From: Haliotis rubra
Lineage: Eukaryota
Length of the DNA: 64,000 bases
Reading direction: 5' to 3'
NCBI RefSeq assembly: GCF_003918875.1
Contig: NW_025765559.1
Location: 744,001-808,000 of the forward strand
The notes under the pieces are model-generated. The model saw nothing but the letters and a program-made list of their open reading frames with translations. It did not search any database and was not told the origin of the DNA. Positions 50,381 through 63,782 of this stretch are shown here, piece by piece (within the stretch, counting starts at the first letter, position 1; every line of letters starts with the position of its first letter). A program made the position numbers and the translations under genes.

Positions 50381-52855
50381 TACCGTGGATACCGGATGAA
50401 CGAATATGTCATAACATTTGGATGAAAGCTAGGTACCATAGATACTGGATGAAACCAAGGTACCAGAGATACCGGATGAAAGCGACTTACCATAGCTACC
50501 GAATGAAACCAAGGTACCAGAGATACCGGATGAAAGCGACTTACCATAGCTACCGAATGAAACCAAGGTACCAGAGATACCGGATGAAAGCGACTTACCA
50601 TAGCTACCGAATGAAACCAAGGTACCAGAGATACCGGATGAAAGCGACTTACCATAGCTACCGAATGAAACCAAGGTACCAGAGATACCGGATGAAAGCG
50701 ACTTACCATAGCTACCGAATGAAACCAAGGTACCAGAGATACCGGATGAAAGCGACTTACCATAGCTACCGAATGAAACCAAGGTACCAGAGATACCGGA
50801 TGAAAGCGACTTTACCATAGCTACCGAATGAAACCATGGTACCAGAGATACCGGATGAAAGCGACTTTACCATAGCTACCGAATGAAACCATGGTACCAG
50901 AGATACCGGATGAAAGCGACTTACCATAGCTACCGAATGAAACCAAGGTACCAGAGATACCGGATGAAAGCGACTTACCATAGCTGCCGAATGAAACCAA
51001 GGTACCAGAGATACCGGATGAAAGCGACTTACCATAGCTACCGAATGAAACCAAGGTACCAGAGATTCCGGATGAAAGCGACTTACCATAGCTACCGAAT
51101 GAAACCAAGGTACCAGAGATACCGGATGAAAGCGACTTACCATAGCTACCGAATGAAACCAAGGTACCAGAGATACCGGATGAAAGCGACTTACCATAGC
51201 TACCGAATGAAACCAAGATACCAGAGATACCGGATGAAAGCGACTTACCATAGCTACCGAATGAAACCAAGGTACCAGAGATACCGGATGAAAGCGACTT
51301 ACCATAGCTACCGAATGAAACCAAGGTACCAGAGATACCGGATGAAAGCGACTTACCATAGCTACCGAATGAAACCAAGATACCAGAGATACCGGATGAA
51401 AGCGACTTTACCATAGCTACCGAATGAAACCAAGGTACCAGAGATACCGGATGAAAGCGACTTACCATAGCTACCGAATGAAACCAAGGTACCAGAGATA
51501 CCGGATGAAAGCGACTTACCATAGCTACCGAATGAAACCATGGTACCAGAGATACCGGATGAAAGCGACTTACCATAGCTACCGAATGAAACCATGGTAC
51601 CAGAGATACCGGATGAAAGCGACTTACCATAGCTACCGAATGAAACCAAGGTACCAGAGATACCGGATGAAAGCGACTTACCATAGCTGCCGAATGAAAC
51701 CAAGGTACCAGAGATACCGGATGAAAGCGACTTACCATAGCTACCGAATGAAACCAAGGTACCAGAGATTCCGGATGAAAGCGACTTACCATAGCTACCG
51801 AATGAAACCAAGGTACCAGAGATACCGGATGAAAGCGACTTACCATAGCTACCGAATGAAACCAAGGTACCAGAGATACCGGATGAAAGCGACTTACCAT
51901 AGCTACCGAATGAAACCAAGGTACCAGAGATACTGGATGAAAGCGACTTACCATAGCTACCGAATGAAACCAAGGTACCAGAGATACCGGATGAAAGCAA
52001 CTTACCATAGCTACCGAATGAAACCAAGGTACCAGAGATACCGGATGAAAGCGACTTACCATAGCTACCGAATGAAACCAAGGTACCAGAGATACCGGAT
52101 GAAAGCGACTTACCATAGCTACCGAATGAAACCAAGGTACCAGAGATACCGGATGAAAGCGACTTACCATAGCTACCGAATGAAACCAAGACTCCGGATA
52201 CCGAATGAAACCAAGGTACCAGAGATACCGGATGAAACAATGTACCACATATATCGTATAAAACCAAGGTACCACAGATACCGGATGAAACTAAGATACC
52301 ACATATACCAGATGAAACCAGAGATACCGAATAAAATTAAAGATGAAACCAATGTCTCAAAGATCCCGGAAGAAATCGAGGTATCAGAGATACTGAATGA
52401 AACAAGACACCATAGATACCGGATGATACCAAGGTATAAAAGATCCTGGATGAAATAAGGTACCATATATACTGGATGAAAAAAGTATCATAGATACCGA
52501 ATGAAACCAATGTATTATAGATACGTCATGAAACCAAGGTATCATAGATACCGGATGACATCAAGGTATCATAGATACCGGATGAATCCAAGATACCAAA
52601 AATACCGGATGACATCAAGGTACCATAGTTCCTGGATGAAACCAAGGTACCAAAGATACCGGATGAAACTAACGTTTCACAGATACCAGATGAAACCAAG
52701 GTGTCAGAGATACTGGATAAAACCAAGGCTCTATGCATACCGGATGAAACAAAGGTTTCACATAATAAAAACTATACCGGATGAAACCAAGCCTCTATAG
52801 ATACCGGATGAAAGCAAGGTACCACATATACCGGATGAAACCAAGGTACCAGATA
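50381..52855. repeat. 54-bp (2 x 27) higher-order satellite with diverged 27-bp monomeric flank
   Basis: Core unit ataccggatgaaagcgacttaccatagctaccgaatgaaaccaaggtaccagag (~32 copies, 50450-52190). Monomers ataccggatgaaaccaaggtaccatag continue to ~52855. Confidence 0.97.
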
Positions 52856-53469
52856 TGTCGTTTATGTTTATCTACACACCGGAATGACTTTATTTTGATA
52901 CATGTACATACATCATCGATAGATGAACTGAGTTAACAGAGTACTCAAATACCTATTGCTGTGACATAAATATGTGTCGTTGCATAAAACATCCCATTGT
53001 GTAATCGATGCCGGTTTCTGCATTTCAACATGATTATGTTGTAAACAAAAGAGAATAAAAACATACAGCATTCGATTTTGTTTAAAAAATCATTGATTAT
53101 GTTAAATTGTTATGGAAATCTACAGTAAACGGTGCTGAATAGGTTTTAGGTTTGTATTGAAATTTGACACGGACACATTTATGCAAGAATCTTCGTGTTT
53201 ATGATCGATTTAATCTTTTTGATCTTATTATACTTGAAGTATACAATGAGGGGTGGTGGGGTGGTGGTGTTGGTGGTGGTGAAACGTAACGTTAAAGATT
53301 AAATAGCGACGTTTATGCGTGCGCATGTGCGTGCGCGTGTGCGTGTGCGTAAGGTTGTACTACTCCGGGTTCAGGTATGTCTGATCGTGTAACCCACTGA
53401 GTTACCATGCAGCAGTTTTACACGAGTACCCCACTAAGTGCAGAGTTGCGTCCCTTGGGCACACCGGAT

Positions 53470-54670
53470 ACAAATCCGCTGGATATATATAGAACAAATA
53501 TCTCGTATGGAAAAATATGTTTTCTGCCAATGCTTCGTGTGTAATGGAGATGTGTCTAACATCTCTGGGGATTAGAGAACACATATATGTTGATATATAA
53601 AACACATATCCGTTGATAAATAAATACATATTTGGGGATATATAAAACACATATCTGTGGATATATAGAACACTTATCTGTTTATATTTAAAACACATAT
53701 TTGGGGATATATGAAACACATACCTGTTGATATATAAAACACACATCTGTTGATATATAAAACACATATTTGGGGATATATAGAACACATACCTGTTGAT
53801 TATATAAGAGACATATCTGAGGATATATAAAACACATATACATGTATGTTGAAATATAAAACTCATATCCGTTGATATATAAAACATATTTGGAGATATA
53901 TGAAACACATATCTGGGGATATATAGAACACATACCTATTGATATATAAGTGACTTATGTGGGGATATATAGAACACATATCTGTTTATAAATAAAACAC
54001 TTATATGTTGATATATAAAACATATATCTGGAGATATATGAAACACCTATCTGGGGATATATAGAACACATACCTGTTGATATATAAGGGACTTATGTGG
54101 GGATATATAGAACACATACCTGTTGATATATAAACACTTATCTGTTGATATATAAAACACATATTTGGGGTAATATAGAACACATATATGTTGATATATA
54201 AGTGACATATCTGAGGATATATAAAACACATATCTGTTGATATATAAAACATATTTGGAGATATATGGAACACATACCTGTTGATATATAAAACACACAT
54301 CTGTTGATATATAAAACACATATTTCGGATATATAGAACACATTTGTTGATATATGAAACACATATCTGAGGATATATAGAACACATAACTGTTGATATA
54401 CAAAGACATATCTGGGGATATATAGAACACATATCTGTCGAGATATATGAAACACATATCTGTTGATATAGAAGACATATCTGTTGATATATAGAACACA
54501 TATTTGTTGATATACAGACACATCCGCTGTTCATAAAACAGAAGACGTATCTGGGGATATATAGAACACATAATCTGTTGATATACAGAAGACGTATCTG
54601 GGGATGTATAGAACACATATCTGTTGATATATAGAACACATATTTGATGATGTATAAAACATATATCTGG
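53470..54670. repeat. ~23-bp AT-rich diverged minisatellite
   Basis: Unit gatatatagaacacatatctg followed alternately by tt or gg. Confidence 0.93.
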
Positions 54671-55113
54671 TGATGCATAGTAAATAAGTGTACGATTGTA
54701 TCAATTAGTGACGATGCCAGGTGATCGCGCTGACATGATAAGAAATCTGTTTTCTCAGCACAGCACTGCATATGTACTCTGAATATGTGAAACCTATTTG
54801 GGATTATAAGAATGGAAATAATCTTTGGAAAAATTGCAATAATATTTCATGGCAATAACATTTAAGTGTGGAAGTAGTCTCACGAAAAGTCAGCTGTCAG
54901 TCTAGTATCGGGTATTTCCTCTGAGGTCAACTTAACACTCAGGAAACATTTCAGATTTGTTTATACATTTCCTCGCATGTCTTTAAAGTGATATCAATAT
55001 GTTTTGAGTGATCGCGTGAAGTCATTTCAGATTTATATAATGGCCAGTAGCATTTGTACCATCGGAATCTTGATAATCCGGAATCCGCGCATACTGGGCG
55101 ATTGCTCTATGCA

Positions 55114-55322
55114 GAGTGAGTGAGTTTAGTTTTACGTCGCACTCAGCAATATTCGAGCTATATGGCGGCGGTCTGTGAATAATCAAGTCCGGACCAGACA
55201 ATCCAGTGGTCAACAGCATGAGCACCGATCTACGTAACTGGGATACGAAGACATGTGTCAACAAAGTCAGCCTGACCACCCGATCCCGTTAGTCGCCTCT
55301 TACGACAAGCATGGGTTACTGA
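55114..55322 (-). mobile_element. Family B retroelement lacking its first ~28 nt, fused to an oppositely oriented tail (55323-55369)
   Basis: (gagt)n tail and a full body to ..gcatgggttactga, then gctggagtatgactgagttcggcgttaaaaacaaacaaacaaac. Confidence 0.9.
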
Positions 55323-58300
55323 CCGCTGGAGTATGACTGAGTTCGGCGTTAAAAACAAACAAACAAACATCATAACCCTTTGCGTTGAATCACGATGAGA
55401 GTGTATTGGTATATGGGACGGGGTTGAGTTGAACTGAATCAGGAAGAAAATGTACTGATATGTTGGGTGTGGGTTGTATTCGGGAATAAAGGAACCCCTT
55501 ATCCCCAGAACCCACGTTTTTCCTCGTTCTCCACGTGCGTGGATAGATCCTCTCAACGATATCAAATGGTCTGCCTGCTCCAGATTCGAATCAATTGCAA
55601 GATGAAATTATGATGATTAAACTGGACTTGCGCCTACAGGATACGTATTTTTTCATGTGTCAAGTGGTCAAGCGGTTTTATCTAATGGTCATCGCAACAT
55701 GACGAAAGGGTCTAGAGTTCGATTCTCCTGGGACAAGGCCACTAAGCTTTGTGTGTTCAGTGGTATCAAAGCAAAGTTTGGGGGGTTATTTTCAAAGCAC
55801 CAAACATTAACATGGACCATTAAAAAAATCCTGTCGTGAGTGTAACCCAATTACGGTGGATTTTTTTGCGTAATATTTGTCGGTCTGTGTTTGAAAAAAA
55901 ATCCTCAACTAAAACAAATCTGTGAGTTTAACTGGGCTTAACAGTAGAGAGCAACGACTGTTTAAAATCTCGTTTACGCTTTTAAGAAGTAGATCGTTTG
56001 TTGTAGTCTCAACAATACGTCACGCTATATGTCTGTTCTCACGCACATATTCAGGAGGCGATAAAATCCACTTGCGTGAGTTGTTTTCCAAGCGTCTCTT
56101 GTTGAACAGGAAACCAACAGTGTTAGCAAACACGCAGGGAGCAGAGGTACTACTTGACAAATTGCATGCATGTGAAACAGTTACAGTGAACAATACTGTT
56201 AGAAACACGTCTCCGAATGCTTACCAAGGAGCAAGGGACGGTTTAGTATTGGACGTCTCCACGCAAGGAGATTCAAATATGGAACTCTTCAGACCGCGAA
56301 AGTGCAAATGATCACCAGTGTAGTTGTCGGCCATTTTGAAAAAGGCAGATCGGCAATGACAAGACAGTTTTTCATGCCCAACAGCGTTGGTTGAACTGTA
56401 TGAAAGGTATCAAATCAAAACGAGGTGTGCTTAAAGAGCAAAGGTCATAATTGATAATTCTAAAGCTGGATTACGCGCCATCTATGGAAGATTAGGTATC
56501 AGAAAAGCATGAACGACGAATCCTATCACAGCCATCAAGGATACATGCCTCTACTTTGGTGGTCCTCCTTATGCAGTGGTAACAGATAACGCATAAAGGG
56601 AGTCTTTTTTCACTCCGGGTTGGTTTGCTCCTCTGTATCGCGTTCGCGAAATAACGTTATCGGCGAGACTTGGAACGATAAGTGTAGTTTTACTAGACGC
56701 AGCGGAAATGTCACCTACAGGCTGATAATGCATGCTTTTAGCGTTTATGTCGCACACATTTATACTACATGTTGAACATCATAATAATTCATTTTGACGT
56801 TTCGCGTGTACTCTCTACATTAAGTGCACACACTCCACTTCCACTTACAGAAATGGTATTTATGTGGTTAAATATTGTATCCATGTCTTGTAGGAAGCGC
56901 GGGGCTGCTCGATTTCATTTTAATCTATTTCTTGATTCAAAATGTCTATATTTAAATATACACCTTATTTAAATATTTGCCTGTGTGGCAGTCGTGTGGT
57001 TAAAGCGCTTGCTTGTCACACCGTAGGCCAATGTTCGATTCCGAACATAGATTCGTGAAGACAGTATCTGTGTTTTATATATATTATATATTGCTGATTG
57101 TTCCAAAACGCAGCGTAAAAGACTACCTGTGAAAAATTAATTTGGATGTATATCGAAAATACATTTCAAGTTTCTGTTATAAAAGAACTTTGAAATTGGT
57201 TTCAAAAGTAAAAAATGTTTCAAAAGTAAACACTCGCCAACAGCAGTCATGACCGTGAACCGTAATCTAACAAGATATTTCCCCAAGATGAATGGTGGTA
57301 CAAAAAGATAGGACACGTTAACAACTGTCTTTCATGTTGATTTCATTTAGTCAGAAATGCACGAAAACTCGGATTTCTCTAACGTATTCCGACAGTTAGT
57401 TTAAAAAATTAATTACTGTGTTATTAAATTACGATTATGAGACATATTTTAAGATCTCAGGAAGTTTGGTAAAATGTAAAGAATATCATCCGGGTCCAGT
57501 ACCCTGCTTGACTCGAGAAATAAACGTATTGACAAAAAGTTTCAAATTTTCACAGGGATGTCGTCTTTCATCGGTGGAGAAAAATGAGCTTTGGTAATTA
57601 TTCAAATCATACTTTTCTCGCTGCTGCTTCCTACAATAACAGGATCTTTCTGCTTGGGTAGGAATTGGTAATTTCCTTATAAAGATTCTGCTATGATCAG
57701 AAAGCCTTGATTTTTAGCAAGTAATAAAAAACCACGACAAATGTCTCTGTCCATGGGGCTTGAAATAGGACGAGATTGCCGCGACATCAAAGTTGCTTCC
57801 CATCTGATCTCCGATTCCAGTTTTTCACAAATATGATTTTCGTGGTTTCATATTTCTGACAAAATGGTACCATTATGTCTCCCCGTGCCGTCAGCTCCGG
57901 GTAAAGACTGGCCGAACCCGAACAGAAGCTAGACACACTTTTTAAAACCCCATTTCCGTTATGTTAGCCGCGGTTTTCGCTTCATTTGATCAAGTGATAG
58001 CTTCGAGAAACGCACACACTGCAGAGTTGGGAAAAGGATGTTCGTTTCGTTTGGCAGTCCACATTTTCAAAAGATCTCTCACGAAAATTGTTGGTATCTG
58101 TAACCTGCTCAGGCCCCAGTTGCCCAAATCTGTCACAACGTACAGTAATTATTTCTCAGGTTCTTATGACACCTATAATTTTCGCTCTTCCTTCGATAGT
58201 GATATGAGTCCAAATTGTGGAAAGAAAAGGTTGGATGAGGGACTCGCCGCGAGGTCTGTAATTTGAAGCGAGACAACTTCGAAATTTTACAATGGCTGCC

Positions 58301-58622
58301 CTAACATACAGCCGGGTACTGTGGGTGAAAGACTGCAGCCTCGCTGTCACCGCCACAACCACCCAAGTTCCGGGTCACGTGACCTGGGCTAAACCTGAAG
58401 CCAAGCTGATGTTTGAAGTGATTGTGTTATGGCTTATTGTTACTGAATAGTATTTATTTTCGGTTTTGTTTGTTTAACGATATCATTGTCAGTACTTTGT
58501 TCGAATATGAAAGCAAAATATTCCAGGAACTTATAGGTAGCTTGGAGTGTAAACTCCTAGGGAGCTGAGAATGTCATTGATAGTATGTGTTGATATTAAT
58601 CATTTCTATTTTTGGTATTCAC

Positions 58623-58643
58623 TTAGTAGTAGTAGTTGTTGTT

Positions 58644-58674
<31 letters not shown>

Positions 58675-58735
58675 CAGTAGTAGTAGTTGTTGTGTAGTAG
58701 TAGTAGTAGTAGTAGTAGTAGTATTTGTTGTTGTT
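58623..58735. repeat. (GTA)n/(GTT)n microsatellite
   Basis: Directly visible. Confidence 0.95.
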
Positions 58736-60341
58736 TATGTAATTGTTTAGTTTTGGCCGTTTACTCATCCATCTATTAAAGCTGAATTCACAAAATATAT
58801 TGATGCTGTCATACTTGTCTTCTGATTAAAGGTGTTTGAATTCATCAGCAAGAAAACAATATAATTACCAAAAGGAAATATTTAGATCGAACCGGGGGTA
58901 ACGATATCCTGATATTGTAGTTTGAAAATGAAATATTTATCGAAATATTCTAACTATACAGCCGATCTGTCATCCATGCATGCTTGCGTATTAGGTGCAC
59001 AACAGTTCAAAGAGTTTGCTTTGCCCTCAAATAACCCATCCTCATTTTTTTCAGCCTCCTCGAATCTGAGAAATGAATGTAGAAACAGCCGCGTTCGTAG
59101 ACAATGACTTCAAATTGTTGCATGCTTGCCTTACGATAAGATCAGCCACAGGGCCGATACAGCAGATTATCTCCCTTGCTCCCCACCTCCGCCGACCTCG
59201 CTGTCATCTGGACACAATAACACAGGCATCTATTTCAGTTTCTCAAACACAAGCTATAATTATCATCAACAGTGAAGAAACACACACTGCCGATTTACAA
59301 TGACAACTTAGCTATCATTGGTTTCGGCTTTGTTGTCCGTTCGTTAGAAGTTGACCCGACACCCGTGTCCAAATCGGTGATTGGTTAGTTTGAGCGATTA
59401 TCTCCCTTTAGAGAGCTCTTTTCCGTAATAGGTGTAGGAAGGTGTCAAAAGCCAAGGTGTCTGCGTAGTGTGAACAGGTGGTAGACAGGGGTATATACTA
59501 GGTGCAGAACCATTAGTGGATTAGGTTAAATTATTGCTTTGGCGCCCTTTGACCTGTCTTCATTTATCCGTCCGTTGGACCCACCCATTCGCTAACACCC
59601 TGCTACCCCTGCGTCGTAATCTTGCTGGGGTGATAATGTCGTAAACTATCCCATCACCCACGCTCTGTCTGGCTCCCATGTAACCCTGCACCTATAGGCG
59701 AGAGGTGCTCTCCGAGCTGCCTTCTTCTTGTCCATTCTGCAAACGTATAGCGTGGCTTGGATTTTGTTTTGTTGAAGACCAACATTAACTGTAATTGCAC
59801 AATCAGATTTTAATGAAGATTTACAGGGTTTTTTGAAAAGCATAAAAGGCTTGTGAGAATATACTTTTACGCCGTTGGTGTAATGTTTCTGAAATATGAG
59901 TGCGGAGGAGTCACTTCAGACATCGACCTGCGTGGGGAATCGAACCAGAGTGTTCCATGTGAAGAGCAGATGTTTTACCACTTCCTGCCCACCACCCAGC
60001 CATCGTGAAGAATCAGGATGAATGTATATGAACTGATTATTGTTTTTGTTCATTCAATTGACAACACAGAGCTTTCAATTTATATCAGGTATTTAAATGG
60101 CATTCAGAAGTGATACACAAAAGGAAAAGAGATTATGGATGTCAACTTCTTTATTATTAGGAGCACAACGGTTCGGAGTTGTTATAGCGACGTCTTTAAG
60201 ACAATAAAACATGTATAAAGGTATAAATCTCCTCCTTTAAATTTATACATATTATATCGTGTTTATGACAATATATTATGTATAAATTGAAAGGAAGAGA
60301 GTTTTATGGATGTCAACTTTTTATATAGTTTAAAAGACGAA

Positions 60342-60582
60342 CCAGAGAAGATTCGCGTTAGAATTGATCTTCAGCAACCCATGTTTGTCGTAAGACGCGA
60401 CTAACGGGATCGGGTGGTCAGGCTCGCTGACTTCGTTGTACATGCCATCGTATCCCGATTGCATAGATCGATGCTCATGCTGTTGATCACTGGATTGTCT
60501 GGTCCAGACTCGATTATTTACAAACCGTCTGCCATATAGCTGGAATATTGCTGTGTACGGCGTAAAACGTAACTCACACACT
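60342..60582 (+). mobile_element. Family B retroelement, full length
   Basis: gaagattcgcgttagaattgatcttcagcaacccatg..gcgactaacgggatcgggtgg..gctggaatattgctgtgtacggcgtaaaacgtaactcac. Confidence 0.92.
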
Positions 60583-61264
60583 CTTAAAGACGACAGATCT
60601 TCGGTAGTTGGATGACGATGACGCGCGCGTAGGAAGCCTGTGAAGCCTGTGTGAAGCTTCTCAATTCGGACATAACGGTCTGAGGAGGACAAGAAAACAA
60701 TTTTCAGTGACCTAATTAAGTACTGGTGATTTAAGATGACAAGTCACAAAGGTTCTTTGTTTCACATACCTCTATTACTTTTAGTCTTGCTAGATCTAAA
60801 TGAGGTTATGGATGACTCGTTTGTTACTGGATATGACCCTTTGTCACCAACCCGTGTTTTAGAAAGGGTTAAGTGTATGGTTGGAATTGATTACTGAAGA
60901 AAATAATTTGAGCTTATATTGGATAAACCGGAAATTGATGTTCTAGATCAAAGGATGTTGTATAAACATATTTCGGGTTTATTAAGCGCCTGACAACATT
61001 TGGGTGTCTTGAACGCCAGTGTTCCACTTTGAGCGTTCCCTTCTTATGAAATCGACAAATGATAAAAATACTGTGCAACACTGTCTTAAACTTACTAAAT
61101 CGCTCATTGTAAAAAAACTGTCTTCCCTTGTGGAATTTGTGTATGTGTAAAGATGTTTTGCAAGATTGTCTTGCAATTATTCGTGGACAGAAAATGAATA
61201 GTTAAACACGAATAGACATACCCAACCACAAGAAAACATTTGACCGATTCCATGCTTTCACAGG

Positions 61265-61395
61265 GTTTGTTTGTTTGTTGTTTAACACCACCCTTAGCAA
61301 TATTCCAGCTATATGGCGGCAGTATGTAAACAAGGACCAAACAATCCAGTGATCAACAGCATGAACATCGATCTCCGCAATTGGGATACGATGAT
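61265..61395 (-). mobile_element. Family B retroelement, 3' part with (AAAC)n tail
   Basis: gtttgtttgtttgttgtttaacacc..gcaatattccagctatatggcggc..acaatccagtgatcaacagcatg. Confidence 0.85.
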
Positions 61396-62151
61396 GTTGG
61401 GTTTCACAAGGAGCTTGAAGTGTTCTCTCATAGTCATTTATTACGATAACTCCTTTGTTCTGAACATATCAATATTTGTTTGTGATAAAATAAAGCTATA
61501 CGATCCTGCTACTTTGTTAGTGTCTCTTGGTGATCCAATTAGCTCTAAATGATGGCTTTATTTGGAATGTTCCGAGAGACCATTGGATGGGCTGTATGGC
61601 GTCACATACCGGGTAAATGTTTGTTCATATGCCTATTTCTCCACATAAATATAATAATCACCAACAAGGTAAATAAGTCTGAGGACCTTCAGTGTGTTTA
61701 CCGATACGTTGGTAAATACTTGTCAGCAGCCGGAGAGATGGTTCCGCTGTATAAAGAAGATTTAATGGATGGTTCTTCTCTCACAAGGGCTTGGCTGTAA
61801 AACAGGAAGATTTCGATATGTCGTGTTCTTTTGAAGAGGATATAATATTTAAAGGCTACACGTTGTGAGCTATCGGAAATGCGTCTATCATTGAACAATC
61901 TGTGTCATTTTACAGCTCCGGTGTGTGGCCGACAGCAGTTCGCAGTGCTTTTCTAACAAAATCACCGTGAGTTGAGAGCCCAACTTTGCAGATTATCGGA
62001 AATGCCCAAATCTCGTTTGATGTGGGTTCTTTGATGTGGACAAATACTGTTCCATAAAGAGTTAAAGATTGTGCAGACTCTTGCCAGAAGAGAGCTCGCA
62101 TTGATTTCACGATCCAACATGGCCGTTCATATCTGCGGAACTTCCCCCTTG

Positions 62152-62165
62152 GCGCCCCCTAGCGT
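62152..62165 (-). promoter_or_regulatory. CTCF-like site
   Basis: Reverse complement is acgctagggggcgc, lying in a CpG-richer patch. Motif match only. Confidence 0.4.
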
Positions 62166-63636
62166 CGCGACAATAAAGTCGTAAACGACTCGTAGATTCC
62201 CGTAAAACTCCGGCAAATGGTGTAAAGTACAGGCTGAGACGCTCCGGTGACTTGATCGTTTTAGATGTGTTATTTTCAAGACAGGGTTTTTGCCAGAGAA
62301 ATGGTTTTAATCCGAACTACGAAAGCATCTATAAAACCATCGCAGTAAATATTTATACTTGCAGCAGGATTGGTTAAAAGGTCTTTAGCCAACCATAAAG
62401 TACAAGAGTTTTACCCGTGCTGTAAAGTTTACTGTTTGTGGGCAGCCCGTCAACAACCCAGGCCGTTTTCATATCACAAGATCGGGAGAACATAACAAGG
62501 AACGTGACAAGTACTGATGATAAAAAGCATGAAAAATAAAAAATTTAGTATGAAAACATCTGCTACAAGATATCAAGAATAAATGTCTAATTAAAGAATG
62601 TTCGATATCAACTCCCAAAATGTCGCTTTCTTCTGGCATGTTAATGGCACAATTCCTGGGAATATTCAATATGGCAGTCCTCCCGCAGATAGGACCGCAG
62701 TGAAACTAGGCATCGGATGAAACATGTAATGTTTATTTCTTTGAGAGGCGTGTAGGGGTTCCAGGGGATGGTAGTGTCAAATATTTTATCTGAGACCTCT
62801 CAGGAATTATCTCACAAACGCTATGAATATTTGAGGTATCATCATAACACACACTCGAGCCGTCTATGTTTGCCGCATTCTATATATAGGAATAATAAAA
62901 GTTTGCTATTTGCTACAACCTGCAGAAAAATGAACCTCCTCTTTTCTGCCCAACGCACAAAACTCATATTGTAGTTATAGCAGTGTTTGTGGACTAAAGC
63001 GTCACCTAGGTAGGTAGGTTGGTAGGTTGGTAGGTTAGGTTTTAGGGCGACCTTGGGCCTTAAGCGCCACCTACACCATGCAAGGGGTTATGTCCCTTTG
63101 TAACTTTCGTTGAATGTAAGTAAGGCTATGCATTTTCACAAAACTCGATGCTACGTCTTGATACGCTGGTTAAAGGGGTGCCAGGTTCGTGGCAATCAGC
63201 AGTTCTAGAAACCTGTCTTCAAGACATCGAAACTCTGTCTTGTCTGATTACTTCACTTGGGGCCATTGTAATTGGAAGAGAAAATATTTCTCCCTGAAAT
63301 GACTCTAAGACTCGCAGGAATTGACTGTCCATGAAAGAGAAGAATTGTGTTATTTCTTGCAACCAGGTGTGTAGAGGAAGTAATATTTGGGTGTTCTGTA
63401 TTCTGTATGTCCAGTGATAAGAATTGTTTGGAGTCGGATGAGGATTCCATTATTGTAAATGCTGAATATATAAAGGTCTAATCTTTGTTCGCTTATATAC
63501 ATTTAGACTAAAGTATATATCAAGTGAACGGGACAAAAAGAACCTTTCATTATATCCGACTAGTTGTTCATCATAAGCGCGTTCATTATGAACGTCATTT
63601 ACTGTTCGTGATATATATGTCTTCCTACATGTCTTC

Positions 63637-63782
63637 GTGGTTAAAGCGTTCGCTCGTCACGACGAAGACCCGGCTTCGGTTTTCCACATGAGCACAATGT
63701 GTGAAGCCCATTTCTGGTGTCCCCTGCTGTGATGTTGCTGGAATATTGCTAAAAGGCGGCGTAAAACTAAACCCATTCACTC
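63637..63782 (+). mobile_element. SINE family A, slightly 5'-truncated
   Basis: gtggttaaagcgttcgctcgtcacg..tgtgtgaagcccatttctggtgtcccc..gctggaatattgctaaaaggcggcgtaaaactaaac. Confidence 0.92.

Noticed and set aside
50380-52800. Long ORFs on both strands (MKPRYQRYR.., MVSRFHPVS..)
   Set aside because: Translation of a 54-bp repeat, open on both strands and broken by 1-bp insertions; no evidence of coding constraint.
53402-54771. Tyr/Ile/Cys-rich ORFs
   Set aside because: Overlapping frames in an AT-rich minisatellite.
55922-56311. 129-aa ORF in unique sequence
   Set aside because: Non-ATG start, no recognisable motif, and a length compatible with chance.
56524-56540. tatcacagcca matching the miR-2 5' end (also gtgcattgtag at ~16479, like miR-33)
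   Set aside because: Only 11 nt match and there is no precursor hairpin.
63253-63450. 65-aa ATG ORF after a possible acceptor on the minus strand
   Set aside because: No homology recognised and only weak donor sites; unsupported.
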